From: Haliotis rubra
Lineage: Eukaryota
Assembly: GCF_003918875.1 (NCBI RefSeq)
Contig: NW_025767020.1
Location: 1 to 64,000, forward strand
Direction of reading: 5' to 3'
Length of the DNA stretch: 64,000 bases
In this document: positions 1 to 13,180 of the stretch, one piece after another
Numbering within the stretch: position 1 is the first letter of the stretch
Layout: the number at the start of each line of letters is the position of its first letter
The notes under the pieces: generated by a model
The model's database searches: none
Told to the model about the DNA's origin: nothing
The model's input: the letters and a program-made list of their open reading frames with translations, nothing else
Position numbers and translations under genes: made by a program

Positions 1-999
1 TTCAGTACATGCGTCTGTGGAAAATCTGGCCAATTCACAAATTTCTGTTTGGACAGACAGAAAGTTAAATGTGATCAAACAAAACCGGTTTTACCCACAA
101 TATAACTCTTAAGTTGTCACAGACATTTGACACACCGAAACCAGTGGACAAATTGTACAGCTTATTACAGTCTCCTGACTTTACGGAAGTCGATTGTTCG
201 AACCGAATCTTATTTTGAAGGAATGACAAAAACGCATTGCATTTAAGACGAGAACGATTTTCACCAAGGGTATTTAGTCGCATTCCGATTACCGTAAACT
301 GTTCAGGCTCAACATATGCAAAACGGATTTTGGGTTGTAGACGTTGACGCTAGATAGCGCGGCGTACCGTATCAAGCAGATGGAGACGATGTGGAGGTTG
401 GCGATGTGAGCATCAGATTTAACGGCTGGGATTCGATGAACATTCGTCAACCAAGTCATCGAGCCACATGACTTGCATGGGAAGATAGAAGTCGTGAACA
501 CAGGTGTCTATGGATTTAGATATACTTGTGAAGAGATATAATTGTGCACGATCCATTGAATATGTTTGATATCGATATCACAGTGCTGTTGGCGTCAATT
601 ATCTAGGAGCTTTATTTTCTACGGTGTCATTTCAAGCCCTCAATGGCACGATAATCTGATTAACATTGTTGCTTTTTAAAACCATATACATAATTACGGT
701 ATTATAACCATTTGTGCTTAATGCACTGTTGCGTGAGACACACATGTACGAATTTGCCTTCACGTTATCTACGGCTGCATCTCTTGGGATTTACGTTGTT
801 AAAATTAATGTTATGTAATGTACACACTGTCACGGACAGAAAACAAACATGCCAATAAATTCTAATAATAACTCAATTCGATTCCCTGTTAAAAGCAAAA
901 CATCTCATACTAAAATAGTTCTTGATATGGGTCATGCGAGACTGTGTAACAGCTGAAATACAAAATCAGACTTCTAATGCATAAAATGAGGAGAAAATG

Positions 1000-2647
1000 T
1001 GATACATGTAATTTAGCAAAATTTTGCCACCATAAAAAGAAAATGAATCCCTACTGATGCTGATGTCTGGATAGCGTAAATGTAAAATAATGGTCATTGG
1101 CACAGATTGCTGCAAGGAGATTACGTTACATCAGAGGTTACAATGACTTTGATAGAAGTGCTTCCGGGGCTCACAATTTGGAGTGAGATGTGTGAGGCAA
1201 AGAGAACGATTATATTGGAAGGAGTGACATGGTACACCCTAAGATCAATCACGAACGGAATCTTCATTCTTCTCCCTGTGACTGGGAGAGTGCTCCGTGA
1301 CAGGACCATATACATGAATATCAGAAAAGAAACTCAAGTAATGTCACATGTAGCAACAGCAATGAATACAGCGCAGCTTAAGCACCGACTGCAAAAATCA
1401 CACCATACACATGGTTCTCTACTGCCAAACAATTGTGTATTATGTGACCGTGATTGGCGAGGGAATGAAGCTGGGTATAACGCTGCCTTCAACAGTATTC
1501 TAGTTAAACGACGGTGTGTCCATCGTAATGTGGCAGGAAAGCTATAATTGATGCAAGTCTCAGATGTGTACAACATTGGTGAATCCATGGTATGGTGTTG
1601 ATCATGCTCAAACATAATGGAGGCGAACCAGAGTTCAACACAAGAACACAGGTTTCTGGCGTACAGACGGGCGCCACTCTGCGAGACGATGGAATCACAT
1701 GTGCGTCCCAGTGTCACAAACAAGATTGGTTTGAAATGTTGTCAATCTTGCTGGTGACGGTCTAGACCCTGTTTATAAAAATGGACAAAACCGTCCTGAA
1801 GCAGTGTCAACATTAGGGGTGATCCTTCCACGGCCACTGTTTAAGGAAGAAATCATGTATGGAAAAAGATAGTCTATTTGGTAAACCAAGATCAAAGGGT
1901 TTTCTGCCTGGTGCACCACAATGGAAAGTCGTTTCGAATTCTACATGACATGTCATGCTGAAGGTTGTCTACTACCTAACCACTCGTCACATGCTTAATG
2001 CACAATGGCCAGGCGTTAGGTGACATTCATCACCTAATAGTATTTTTTCAGGTGAACACTTGTCCTGCCTTTGCATGTGTTTCTGATGGGTGTCACCAGT
2101 GGGTGAGTGAGTTACAGTTTCGCGTCCATCGGTATTGTCAGCCAATGAAAGGTTAAACCAGATACTTGGTCAAAACAAAGTCGTATTGACAAGCATTTGT
2201 CTTAACAAATATGACTTACAACAATTTGTCGGTTTAATTTCATGAAGTTCATTGGATCGAGTAAAGATTTAATAGCAGTTTGAAAGCACTATGTATGCGA
2301 TACAGGAGATAACGGTTTGTGAAGCTGGCGCTTGAGAAAAGCTGTTCTCTCAGTTTCTTATGATTATGGAAAGAACTTATTTTTCCGGTTTATCATCACC
2401 TGCATGAGGTCATAGACTATGGCGAAACCTTGAGCACGGATTGGGTGCTGGCAGACCCATTATTACATTCAAGGGAGAATTTTGGGTTCCAGCTCCTGAC
2501 TTGAAGGAATCCCCATACAACCTGAGGGCGTAGATGTGCATGACAAATTGCGGTGTCTGAAAACCCAGGACGTCTGTGCCAGTAATGCCACACAATGTTG
2601 ATTGGCTAAGTTTGGTAAGGGCAAAAGATCTGACACGAATGGCTCAT
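1000..2647 (-). pseudogene. TLR-like pseudogene, paralog a (copy 1)
   Basis: Acceptor-like tattag then GT-ATG at 2647. Broken frames give Cys-cluster remnants (NLVCD..CTPE; NTIPW.HQC), a hydrophobic segment (LSCAVFIAVAT) and a TIR-type end (KVIVTSD..ILLHL..FLWW, box-3 FW-like) homologous to 12440, 18960, 28710, 37270 and 58910. Confidence 0.55.
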
Positions 2648-3119
2648 ACCTAATAGTTTTGTCTTATCACGTGTAAAAGTTGCTTTTATAACATGTTTTA
2701 CATCTAGGAGTAATCTTTGTGTCTAGACGGGTATAGTAGGTTAGATCATGAGAATATGACCAAACGTGATTCTAATCCGATATGCCGGGCTATTGGATCC
2801 ATGGCATTTGACTTATACTTATAAAGAGTGCCAAGTAAAGATCGGTATGTTAATTATGAACGGCAGTCTTTACAAATTGTCAACATCATCCCGAGTGGGT
2901 GTGAGTAGCCACACACAGATGTTTTAAGCGGTCGCTGGTTGCGCCAAGGTACGTGTTCAATTCCCCTCATAGTTATGTTACCGGAAGTCTGTTTCTTGTA
3001 ACACCAGAATGTTTTTATAAATAAAGACCAGGTGTAATTGAAGATTATCCTCAATACAGAAACTCTCGAAATTATGGTACTGACAACAAACCTAGAATCG
3101 TGTCGAACACACGTACACA

Positions 3120-5322
3120 CATACAGACAGACAGACAGGCAGACAGACAAGTTTATTCAGTAAAAGGCCACAGGCCCATCAGCCACAGTCATTTGCATAT
3201 GATATAGATGGTTTAAGATGCACATGCTGTGTAAGAGGAACATTCTAATGCGCTGAAATTACATGATACAGAAAAATACTGACATCTCTTATGTAATTAC
3301 AATCATTATGTGTGTTTTCATAATGTTAATAAAATTGGCATTTGGATCAAAATCAGTAAAATATTTCTGAATATATCTTAAGCCTTAAATTGAGAAAAAC
3401 GCGTTCACGCCAAAGGGTACATAGAAATTTATCTTCAATAACATTTTTGTCATCCAATTTCAAAATAGACATGTAGTCTCTCGTTATGTAATTAACTTTT
3501 GTGTATCTTCCAGTTTCAACAGCTAAGTAGAAATTTGCACATCTAAATTTAGAGTGCAGATCTGAGATGTAAAGGAATATCAAATTTAAATACCTTTCCC
3601 ATTTAAAAATGTCTTAAATTGGGAATTAATAAAAGCACTTATTAGAATTTTTGAATTGAAGTGGACCAACATTGTTTAAGATTATCCGAAAGTCTCTGCT
3701 TAAACAAAGGATATGAAATAATCAACATTGCCAACATCCTGGCCTGATCCATGCATAGCCAAAACCGCCTTAAATAAAATATTTTTTGACACAAGTTTGC
3801 CCAGAGTAGTGCGGCCAGCATCATCCTAAGGACTTGAGCATAATATAACAATGTTTTGGCAGTCTATCATAAGGCATATACAATAGGTGACTTGACACCA
3901 GTATTTAATTACTTTGATCATATAAGTAATTTGTAGAGGAAGTCTGCCGCAATCACCAGCACAGCCATGTTATTACAGGTAGGTTACCAACTTTCCAAGA
4001 AATATTTACAAAATTTTACCTGAACAGACTCAATGATGCTACAATGGTTAGTACCCCAAATCTCAGACCCATAACACAAAATAGGTGAAACCATACAGTC
4101 AAAAATCTTAAATAAGTCTTTGCGATTTACTCTTCCCATCTTTTTTGAAAACCATTTACAGAAAATATCGCCTTGTTGGCTTGAGATACCAAGACAGCTT
4201 TGGGCTTTACTCCATACAAGCTTTTGGTGTTTATAAAGAGGTACAGTTTCAATAGGATTGCCATTATAGGACCACTTTTCATATTCCGTAATGGCCCACC
4301 ATTTCTAAAGACAAGAACTTTTGTTTTTACTAAAAGATTAATTGACATTCAGTTTGTTTTACAAAACATTCAAGTGCATTTATCTTCTTTTGTAACTGTT
4401 ACCAGTATCAGAAAGTGCAGAAACATCATCAGCAAACATAAGTGAACACAAATTGTTGCAGATGGAAACATTAACACCTATACCACCTTCCTGTTCCATT
4501 AGGAAAACAACTTATTAATAAATATGATAAACAGCTGTGGGCTTAACACACACAACCCTGACGGATACCAATATTACATGTAAAACACTTAGATAAACCC
4601 TTTGAAGTTCTAACACATGCAGATAAACTGCTGTACATTGATGATATTATATTATAAAATTTACCAGAAATACCAACTTCAGCTAAAGATTGCAAAGAGA
4701 ACATCATGTGTCTTATTGTGTCAAAAAGCCTTTTGAGAAATCAATAAAAGGCAATAAAATCTACCTCTCTTTTTACCAGCATATTTTTGGGCTAAAAGCC
4801 TGAAGAGAGAAAATATGATCAATTGTAGATTACCCTGCCCTGAAGCCTGCCTGGGACTCATTAATAATTTCATGTGCATCGCACCATGATTTTAAACGCT
4901 TATTCAAAATATAGGGAAAATGTTTACAAATAGAATCAATAAGAGATATACCCCTATAATTATTTGGGTTACTTTTACAGCCAGATTTTAAGACAGGGCA
5001 TATAATACTCTTGCCCCAACCACAAGGAAAATTACCACTATCAAATATCTGATTAAACAGTACTGTAGAAAAGGTACAATGGAGGCACTTGATGCTTTAT
5101 GAAACTCATTTGATATACCATCAGGTCAGGGGACTTATTGTTAGAGGAGAATGTAAAATGTGAAACAAAACTTCCTGCTCAGTAATAGCAGCATTAAGCG
5201 TTGACACATCAGTAGCATTTACAACATGTGGTGAAACAATAGGTAGAAATCAGGCTGAAAATTGTCCAACACAAAGTAATGATACAAAGTGATCAAACCA
5301 CTGATTACATAAGATAGATGAG
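3120..5322 (-). mobile_element. 5'-truncated LINE (CR1/L2-group RT), degenerate
   Basis: Minus-strand RT motifs FIDFSK(A)FD (~4720-4750), QGCVLSPQLFIIFIN (~4520-4565) and LMFADD (~4425-4445); C-terminal RCANFYLAVETGRY; (CTGT)n tail at 3122-3150; absent from the duplicate at ~38010-38070. Confidence 0.9.
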
Positions 5323-5699
5323 GGACACACATACACACGCCAGCAAAAGAAACACAATTCAAATACGTTTGTTTTTGCAGTGTTAATCACTTCAGCCCAA
5401 AGTGAATTTGTACTTTGTGCAACGGTACTAAATTAAAAGCTTATTGTTAAGCCATACAAACATTCATTCAATAAAGAGTTGAATTTATGTGATTTCTCTA
5501 ATAATGATAATTTGTCAAAATAAAACTAGCTAAACAAAACACAAAACAAAGATAGAAAACCCCAGACATAATTAAAAACAAACATTGCACACACGCGCAT
5601 GCACTTTCAAAGACAAAACAGAAACTTTTCTGCCCGCACCTTTCACAAGCATAAATAGAACTGGACTTGTTAAGCTCTTGTTATTCGCTTAAAGATGGG

Positions 5700-8480
5700 T
5701 GGTGTCTTTAAGATTTACGGTTTTACGTTGGCAGATTAAATTTAGGAGCATTAAATATTTGCTTGTCGACATTTTAATCTTCCTTCATCATTGAACATAA
5801 AAATGAAAATTCATTTCACAAAGCAAAATGAGAGATTATTCAGAGCACTCTACATTCGCTATCCTTGAAAGTTTCAATTCCGTTGTCAGTTTGTATATCC
5901 TTCGGATATTTATTCTGACCCACCAATATCCTATAAAATGATAACACAACCACATAAAAAAAGGAACCAACGTTGACTGGGTTCGACACGGACATGGCCT
6001 GGATAAATGTATGAGGAGATAAAGCAAATGTTGGATGTGGCCTAGAGAAGCGCCAAGGTCAACGTTAAGACATTGAGAAGCCACATCACAAAAGTAAGGC
6101 TATTATTACACCGATCAGCTGCTTTTATTCTCAGGTCACTTTGGTTTGATAATATCCGTGACACTGCAAAGCAGGACTCACAGCTTCGGAAAAAGTTGAT
6201 ATTAAAACAAACATTAAAGCTATGTATTTCCACATGGATTTAATAACTTGTTTAAAATCGATACAAAATAATTGACCCAACACCTTCCAAAGGCCAAATA
6301 CTTTTCATCTTATTCAATTAACTCAAGAATAAATAGTTGCTTCTCTACGTCCGTGAGGGAGGTTTATGTCTATTCTCGCCACGAAGAAACTGTTAAAAAG
6401 GGAGACCTTTTGTCCAAATATGTCCTCCAGTGAGTGGAGTGAAACATTTGTGATGTAGGATCGATTCTTACATGAATCTGGCCAAGAAGTTGAATTTGAG
6501 CTTCAGACATATCGATGGTTTCGTATCGTTCAATAGCCGTCACAGAAATAAGGTTGCATAGCGAGAGTATACCTTGTCTTTTGCACATAACTATTCAGAG
6601 AGATTCACCAAGTCATGATACAAAGGTGTTCAAAAAGGAAAAGTGAGTGTATTCTTCTCTATCGGTAGAACCTGTCGCAGGTCAGTTGTTCACCGAAAGC
6701 ATACCTGGAACAAGTGTGGTTTGGGAGAATGTTGACAAACCATCCGCGGTGGAATTTTTGGATTCCAACTCAAGGACAGAGTGAGTGAGTTTAGTTTTAC
6801 GCCGCTTTTAGCAATATTCCAGCAACATCACGGCGGGAACACCAGAAATGGGCTTCACACATTGAACCATGTGGGGGATAGAACATGGGACTGTGACGTG
6901 ACGAGCGAACGCTTTAATCACTAGGCTACCCCACCACCCCTCAAGAACAGACACCCCCTTACCAATTTGAACGATATTATAGTAGACATTGCAATCAGAT
7001 ATTAAATACAGTTTAAAGAAATTCTCACGTAGATGGCCATATTTTCGGTAACAATATGACATTATGTCGAATGAATGTCTATTTTTTGCATTTATATTGG
7101 CACAGTATGTTTGCGTGTTTCCACCGGGACTTTAAGGGATTTGTTGGAATGGAAGTGGGCTTGTGTTTTATGGCTTCACTTAAGATGGATGTTTGACTGT
7201 TTGCCTGAAAAAAGATTGCTTCATCTAAAAAAATACAATCGTTATGATGCTAATTGGTGGGATAGAACAGCTTTCAGATTAATGGGGCTTTTCTTCCATA
7301 ACTGCTCAGACGTGATATTTTATTGCATTTGGTGAAATACAACAGGGGAACGAAGACATATTTTCATTCTTGTGTCACGACTTTTTACGTGGCATGGAAT
7401 CCGTGTTGGAGAAAATGATTGAAATTGTCGGATAAAAGTTATAGAGCAGAGGAACGCGGTTTTCGTTTGAATATCGGAAAATGTTTCGACGTATTCAAGT
7501 GATGAATGTACTTAATTTGCTGAGTAATTGGCCAGTATGTTCCCGTATTGAACCATAGGGTTCATGAATATAATTACCCCTCATCACCTGTCTTTGTTTC
7601 CCTTAAAGACTTGTAACAAGTCTTCTTAATCGGATAATAAAATCATAGTCATATGTAGTTTGTAAGAATAACGGTTGCTTCCGTTCTTTCTGAGCCATAA
7701 GACCTTTACTCTTCTACATCATTGTAATGATCTGAAGCATATTTATTTTTGAACCAACTACTCCCGTGTCTAGTGAATGAATGTAAATCATGTAACTCTT
7801 ATTTGTACCTACATTCCAGAGAACCCTATAAAAAGTTATGTTTTGCGAACCTTGCCAATGACTATGAGCATTGCCAGGGACTGCGATATTCGCCTTCGAT
7901 GAGGTTAGAATGTTTCATTGTCTGAAAGCCAGGTTCTGAACATCTTCAGCATCCATATAAATGCCTGTATAGATGGATAACCCTGTATAACTGAAACCAC
8001 TTAAGTACGTCCAGTACACGAGTCCCATCTGACATAGCAGCAGAGTCACGAAGTTCTTTTTTCTCCTTTGTTGGATGAAAGTAGAAAGGAATTACAGAAA
8101 ACGTAATTGCATCATTTCTCTGGGGGTAAAGAGCACTTATGTATGTACAGAAATCCGGTTATCAACTTTGGAATGGAGCATTTCTTGTTATTGAAGAGAC
8201 TTGTCTGTGGCTCTCGACGTGCCTTTGACTCGGACATTCTATTGGCTTCCCACCAGCAGTCTCCATTAACCCAAACACAATCCATTTTCTCAGTTTGGAC
8301 ATCACGTAATGCCCTGTAGGATTCCTGTGTCCCCTGGTATCAAACACCGTTATACGAATCAGAAACCATCTGTTAGAGTTGGTGCTTCGGACATAATAGA
8401 CATTGTCTGATATGTAATTAAACGACATTTAGTGAGTTACCTTTCTGCAAGTGTATATAATGTTTTGCACCTTCATAACT
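5700..8480 (-). pseudogene. LRR/LRR-CT/TM receptor (TLR-like) pseudogene, paralog b (copy 1)
   Basis: ttcatttcag acceptor at ~8480, then ~2.7 kb of fragmented frames. LRR-like ETIDMSEAQI, LRR-CT-like DLRIKAADRCNNSLTFVMWLL, and a hydrophobic segment TLVPFFMWLCYHFIGYWW. No clear TIR recognised. Confidence 0.55.
6781..6940 (-). mobile_element. tRNA-derived SINE (family 1), shared by all three paralog-b copies
   Basis: tRNA-like head, (ACTC)n tail, TSD ctcaag(g/a)acaga; same insertion at 39947 and 49849. Confidence 0.85.
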
Positions 8481-8844
8481 GAAATGAAAGCATTGTTACA
8501 TGCCACTGCATTGATAAAAGGATTTAACAAATCTTTCTCTCGCCTCTGGCAACGCAGGCAGTGAAAATAAATGAAACACAAGCGCATTCCAGTTAAATGA
8601 TCAATACTGGCTTTATAGATAAAGTGGACCTTAACTTTACTTCCTGGTGAAATGAACCTGATTTGCTGGAGTAAGCTTTAGTAACAATGATATTTCCCCA
8701 TAATTTCCAATTCAAAGCTTTGTCGTCAATATTGTATCCACGTCGTGTTATCAAGGAAACGAAGTTAAGATCAACTAACAGTCTCAAAAACAAATGATCA
8801 TCTTAGTACTTATAGTCCAAACGACTTTGTAAATAGTTTTCTTT

Positions 8845-9870
8845 TTATTGTTTAACGCCACTCTCAGCAATATTCCAGCTACATGGCAGTTGTCAGTAAC
8901 TAACTTGACCAGACAATCCAGTGATCCTTGGTCCATGTGTATTCCGTATCAAGAGGGGTGATGTCGAGGTGCAGATGGTAAGAGTGAATGAGTGAGGTTT
9001 AGTTTACGCTGCGTTTATCAATATTCCAGCAATATCACGGCGGGAACACCAGAATGGGCTTCACACATTGTACCCATGTGGGGAATCGAACCCGGGTCTT
9101 CGGCGTGACGAGCGAACAGTTTAACCAGTGGGCTACCCCACCGCCCCCGCAGATGGTAAGATCTACTGACACTCTCACAAAGATATGACCATCTTTGTAG
9201 CACTATTCTAACGGAATTTGTATATGTTCCTGTTTGGTTGTTGTATACCCAGCTATGATGGAGGTATGTAAATAATTAAATCTGCACAAGACAATCCAGT
9301 GATCAACAGCGTGAGCATCGATCTACACAACTGGGATACAACGACGTGTCAACCAAATCAGCGAACCTCATCACCTGATCGCGCTAGTCACAGGCATGGG
9401 TTGCTGAAGACCAATTCTAGCCAGGATCTTCACATGTTGGACTTCCTATAAAGATAAGGTGTCCATTATTAGAACTGACTCATTAAAGAGTATGCTTTCA
9501 TCGTAAACATCATGACCACCTGCCAGTTATTCACAATTTATTTAGTCGCCTCTTACGACAAGCATGGGCTGCTGAAGACCAATTCTAGCCAGGATGTTCA
9601 CGGGTGTATATTTTTCTGACATCAAGAGAAGTTTATACACATTTTATCCAATCAATGATATTTAAAAATAGAATTGGTCTTCAGCAACCCATGCTTGTCG
9701 TAGGAGGCGACTCAGGGGATCGGGTGGTCAGGTTCGCTGACTTAGTTGACACATGTTATGGTATCCCAATTGCTTAGATTGATGCTCGTGCTGTTGATCA
9801 CTGGATTGTTTGGTTTACACTCGATTATTTATAGACCGGCGCCATATAACTGGAATAGTGCTGAGTGCTT
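8845..9870. mobile_element. Cluster of SINE copies (family 1 at 8985-9150; family 2 at 9230-9435, 9540-9605, 9670-9870)
   Basis: Matches other dispersed copies in the window (ccagacaatccagtgatcaacagcatgagcatcgat; gttgctgaagaccaattcta). Confidence 0.85.
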
Positions 9871-9879
9871 ACCAACTAA

Positions 9880-10610
9880 CTATGCCTCTACACATGCTAG
9901 AACCATGCCTAAACCATGCCAACACAATGCCAACCTTGAATGCCAGCACTAAACCATACTTGCCACCAGCGCTTCCTCATGCTAACGTACAGTTCACACA
10001 TGCGACTATCTCTCACACAGCAAGTCGTTACCATGCTTAGAAATCACATGTACCTATACTTTTACTCGATTATCACAGTCACCCAATATCCAGACAGTGT
10101 TGATCATGAGACTTTGATGCATGGATTTATGAATTTTCTTTGGAAAGTAGTGTTGTACAACAAACAACTGACCCAAAACATCTATCTGCAGTTATCAACG
10201 TTACGATGTCTAGAAGTAGATAGTTACGCAGGTCATGTTCACAACATATGATCATTAGTCTGGAGATCACCATAAAAATCAGAAAAGTTCATTGGCATTC
10301 ACTTCAAAGAAGCAGGTAGCTTGTGTAGTTTCTAAACCAATATGGCCGTAACAGGTGCAGTATTGACTCAACCTGTGTGGTCCCATGGTTCAACAGTTTG
10401 ACTTTACGCTTGGAACTTTCGTGAATACATGGCACATCATGACTCAAAGGTTCTTTACGTTCAGACAGTGTTTGGTGGTTTGAAATGTCAAGCACTTTTC
10501 TGACAGTCAATACGCAAGAGAAATATCATTGTCAGAACAAAAAATATGGTTTAGGTTTGGACCATTGGTCTTGAAACTGTGTCTGCAAGCTTGTTCATAA
10601 AAATGTTTAC
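9880..10610 (-). pseudogene. TLR-like pseudogene paralog c, C-terminal part (copy 1)
   Basis: LRR-like LNHIFCSDNDI and RKVLDISNHQ, LRR-CT-like NVDNCR, GT-rich TM-like repeat; homologous to 22710-23440 and 42960-44250. Confidence 0.6.
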
Positions 10611-11720
10611 AAATCTCAGTCAGGTTTTCTGGAGAAACAATATGTAAAATTCCTGATGTTAAATTTGGGGTGAAACATTTTTGACCCAAAATTGGAATCC
10701 TCATGTGCATTACTTCTGCTCCGCGATAGTGAATCCGTTTCTTTAGGAAAGGAGTCAGAAGTTTTTGGGAGTTTGCAAAATCAGAACAAGGTAATGTGAC
10801 AGTAAAGGTCAAATACTTAATGGAAGACAACCTCTTTATCACAGTCATCATGTCAAACAATACTCCAACAGCTCCAACCTTTGGTGTTCCCAAATTTACA
10901 ATTAACAATTTAGTTTGTTCACTTTATCAACATATCAAAGAGCACCATATGCATGCAAGTCTTGCTCAGAAGTTGTTCCATCAAGGTTACAACATGTAAG
11001 CCACCAGTAAAGCTTTCAAAACGTTTCACGTGGAGCATTTTTGACATAAACTGACGCAGTGACGAAAGTTATATTCGATCCAATTCCGTATATTGAGTCA
11101 TACGATACATTTCCGTGTTTTTAGGTAAACAATTGACTAACCTTTGTGTTTATGACAGGTGCTATGGACAAGATACGTTCACCTTTTTTGCGAACTCCTG
11201 GAATCATAACTATTTGGAATCATAACTATATAGTATATTTGACAGTGATTTATAAAGATATGCTAATGATACAGTCGGTACTGTATAATCGACTGTGCTT
11301 TTACAAGAGGTTTAGAATGGATGTGCAAAAGGTCCTCTCGCTTTTATTGATAGAAACTGCTTGTGAAAGAAAATGAATCCCATTAAATCCCATTAAATAT
11401 CTTCCATATCTCAGAAACGGCGCAGATGTAAACGAGATACATGGTTTAATGATCTCCATGTCTAGACAGAATTATGGCGGGTCACCGAAGACGATCACAT
11501 AAGATGTGAATCTTTTATGTAGTAGATATGTAACGGGAAACCATTGAAAGTTGCCACCACATTGTTACGGACATGAATAAGTGGTTATGTACGACTTAAC
11601 AGACTGACGAGATGCTGACACCAGAAGGAACGATGCAATACTGTTGGAAGATATAATTAGGAGAAAACCGAACATGAGGACTTTGCAAAACGCAAATACT
11701 TGATAACAAGACTCTTGACT
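10611..11720 (-). pseudogene. TLR-like pseudogene paralog d, N-terminal part (copy 1), fused to c
   Basis: Near-identical to 26860-27975; signal-peptide-like MFGFLLIISSNSIASFLLVSAS followed by LRR-NT-like SCP*QC. Confidence 0.6.
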
Positions 11721-12149
11721 GTCGTATGTATCAGACAAGTGTGTGTTGCTGTTTTTAAGTTAGGTCAGCTATACTAATATCATTACTGAAGTCTTGATGC
11801 GACAATTCGGTAAATTGCAGCCTGAAAGCGGTTTTTCAGGAAGCAAGGGAATATTTCTGAATATTGTTTTATTATTGTTTGGAAAAATATAGTAAGCGAC
11901 AACAACATTTGTGGGTGTAACTTCAATGTTGACTGAATGTGTTAACGATCGTTAGCTGTTGAATTTTCAACACTGACATTGTCCACCACATATTGAGACT
12001 CTGCAAGTTCGATTTCAGAAGAATTGCAGCTTCAGAGGTAAACTATATTTGGTTTCCATTTTCCAGTCGTGAAAATACCCGTCATGTAAGCTCCAGGTGC
12101 TGTCTACATTTCTCAATTGCTTGCATGTACTTCAAATTTCAATGATAGG

Positions 12150-12400
12150 CATTTTTTAAAAGAATTGTCTTCCAGAGGTATTCGGGAAGGTATTCAGGGG
12201 AATATATCAAGACACGTCATTGTCAACATTATATGCGATGCTACTCAATACTTTCATTTTCAAGGGAATTGTCTTCCAGAAGTATTATGAAAGGTATTCA
12301 GTCCCGAATTGAACCAGATGCAGGACTGTGCTGTCTTGCATTAACTGAACACGAATGCCAGCGAAACCTCGTTGCACCTTAATCTTTAAAATTGGGAGTA
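12150..12400 (-). pseudogene. Short LRR N-terminal fragment (paralog g; also 28410-28660 and 56610-56730)
   Basis: Reads SCIWFNSGLNT and KMKVLSSIAYN..YIPLNTFP in broken frames; repeated three times. Confidence 0.35.
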
Positions 12401-12429
12401 ATTTGGAAAAGAAATACACTGAACAATTA

Positions 12430-13180
12430 AATATATCTTATTAAGCAAATTGTGCCACCATATAATGAAAATGAATCCCTACTGATGCCGATGTCTCGAC
12501 AGAAATGTAAAACGAATGGTCATTGGAACAGATTGCTACAATCGATTTTACGTGAAGGTTAAATTGTTGGGGATTACACTGACATTAATGGGGCAGGGTA
12601 AGAATGTGAGGTAAAATGAAGTTACGATCATGGTACGATTCCTTAGTGTTGGCGATATAACCTGCAAATCAAGCAGTAACAGAATCTGTATTATTCAACC
12701 AGTGAGTTTTGTGTTGAAGCTTTCCGCTGCGTGGTGAGACAATGAACATGAGAACACCTGACAAAACTTGATCAAACAGCTTTTATTACAGGACGGAATA
12801 GCATCAACACTTTTGTACGACCATAAAGAAATGACTTATGAGGCATGGATTCTACCGCCAAAAATGCGAGGGAGTGGGTGATGGAGTGATGGAGTGAGTA
12901 GTGGAGTAAGTAAGGTGGGTCTACGGCATCACGCGTGGACGCTTTACCCTGTACACTACCCCCTCGGCCTCTTTCTGATGTAAACAGCTTGTAGCGAGAG
13001 TGAATTAGCTGGTGAGTTGTGTTTAAGGCCGCTTCGAATAGTATTCCAGTTGTCAGTTGTCGGATGAAGGTCCGAAGTGATGCAGGTCCCAGACATTGAA
13101 TACTTTGATGAAACCCAAAAGGACCTTCTGGTTCTTACACACCAACAAACATAATTGGGTGAAGTCAATATCACAGGTTC
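12430..13180 (-). pseudogene. TLR-like pseudogene paralog e (LRR-CT/TM/TIR remnant, copy 1)
   Basis: PVILTSPNYVC (LRR-CT-like), TIR box-2-like YHDRNFIL at ~12610-12635, box-3-like WWHNL end. Confidence 0.65.

Noticed and set aside
240-500. GC-richer segment differing from the duplicate at 36420-36730
   Set aside because: Looks like a garbled version of the same SINE-containing sequence, probably low-quality consensus.
1107-1547. Longer plus-strand ORFs (e.g. 146 aa) as genes
   Set aside because: No recognisable domain, antisense to degenerate minus-strand coding remnants, and largely deleted in the duplicate.
2410-2595. P-loop/NB-ARC-like CGITG motif
   Set aside because: No GK[ST] or Walker B; downstream remnants fit an LRR-TM-TIR receptor better.
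6370-6588. GPCR TM3-like LISVTAIERY
   Set aside because: No flanking transmembrane helices; it lies within the LRR-like region of paralog b.
12440-12560. H-type lectin/C1q or phage-tail-like C-terminus (SVGIHFHYMVAQFA)
   Set aside because: An alternative frame gives TIR box-2- and box-3-like motifs in the expected order after a TM.
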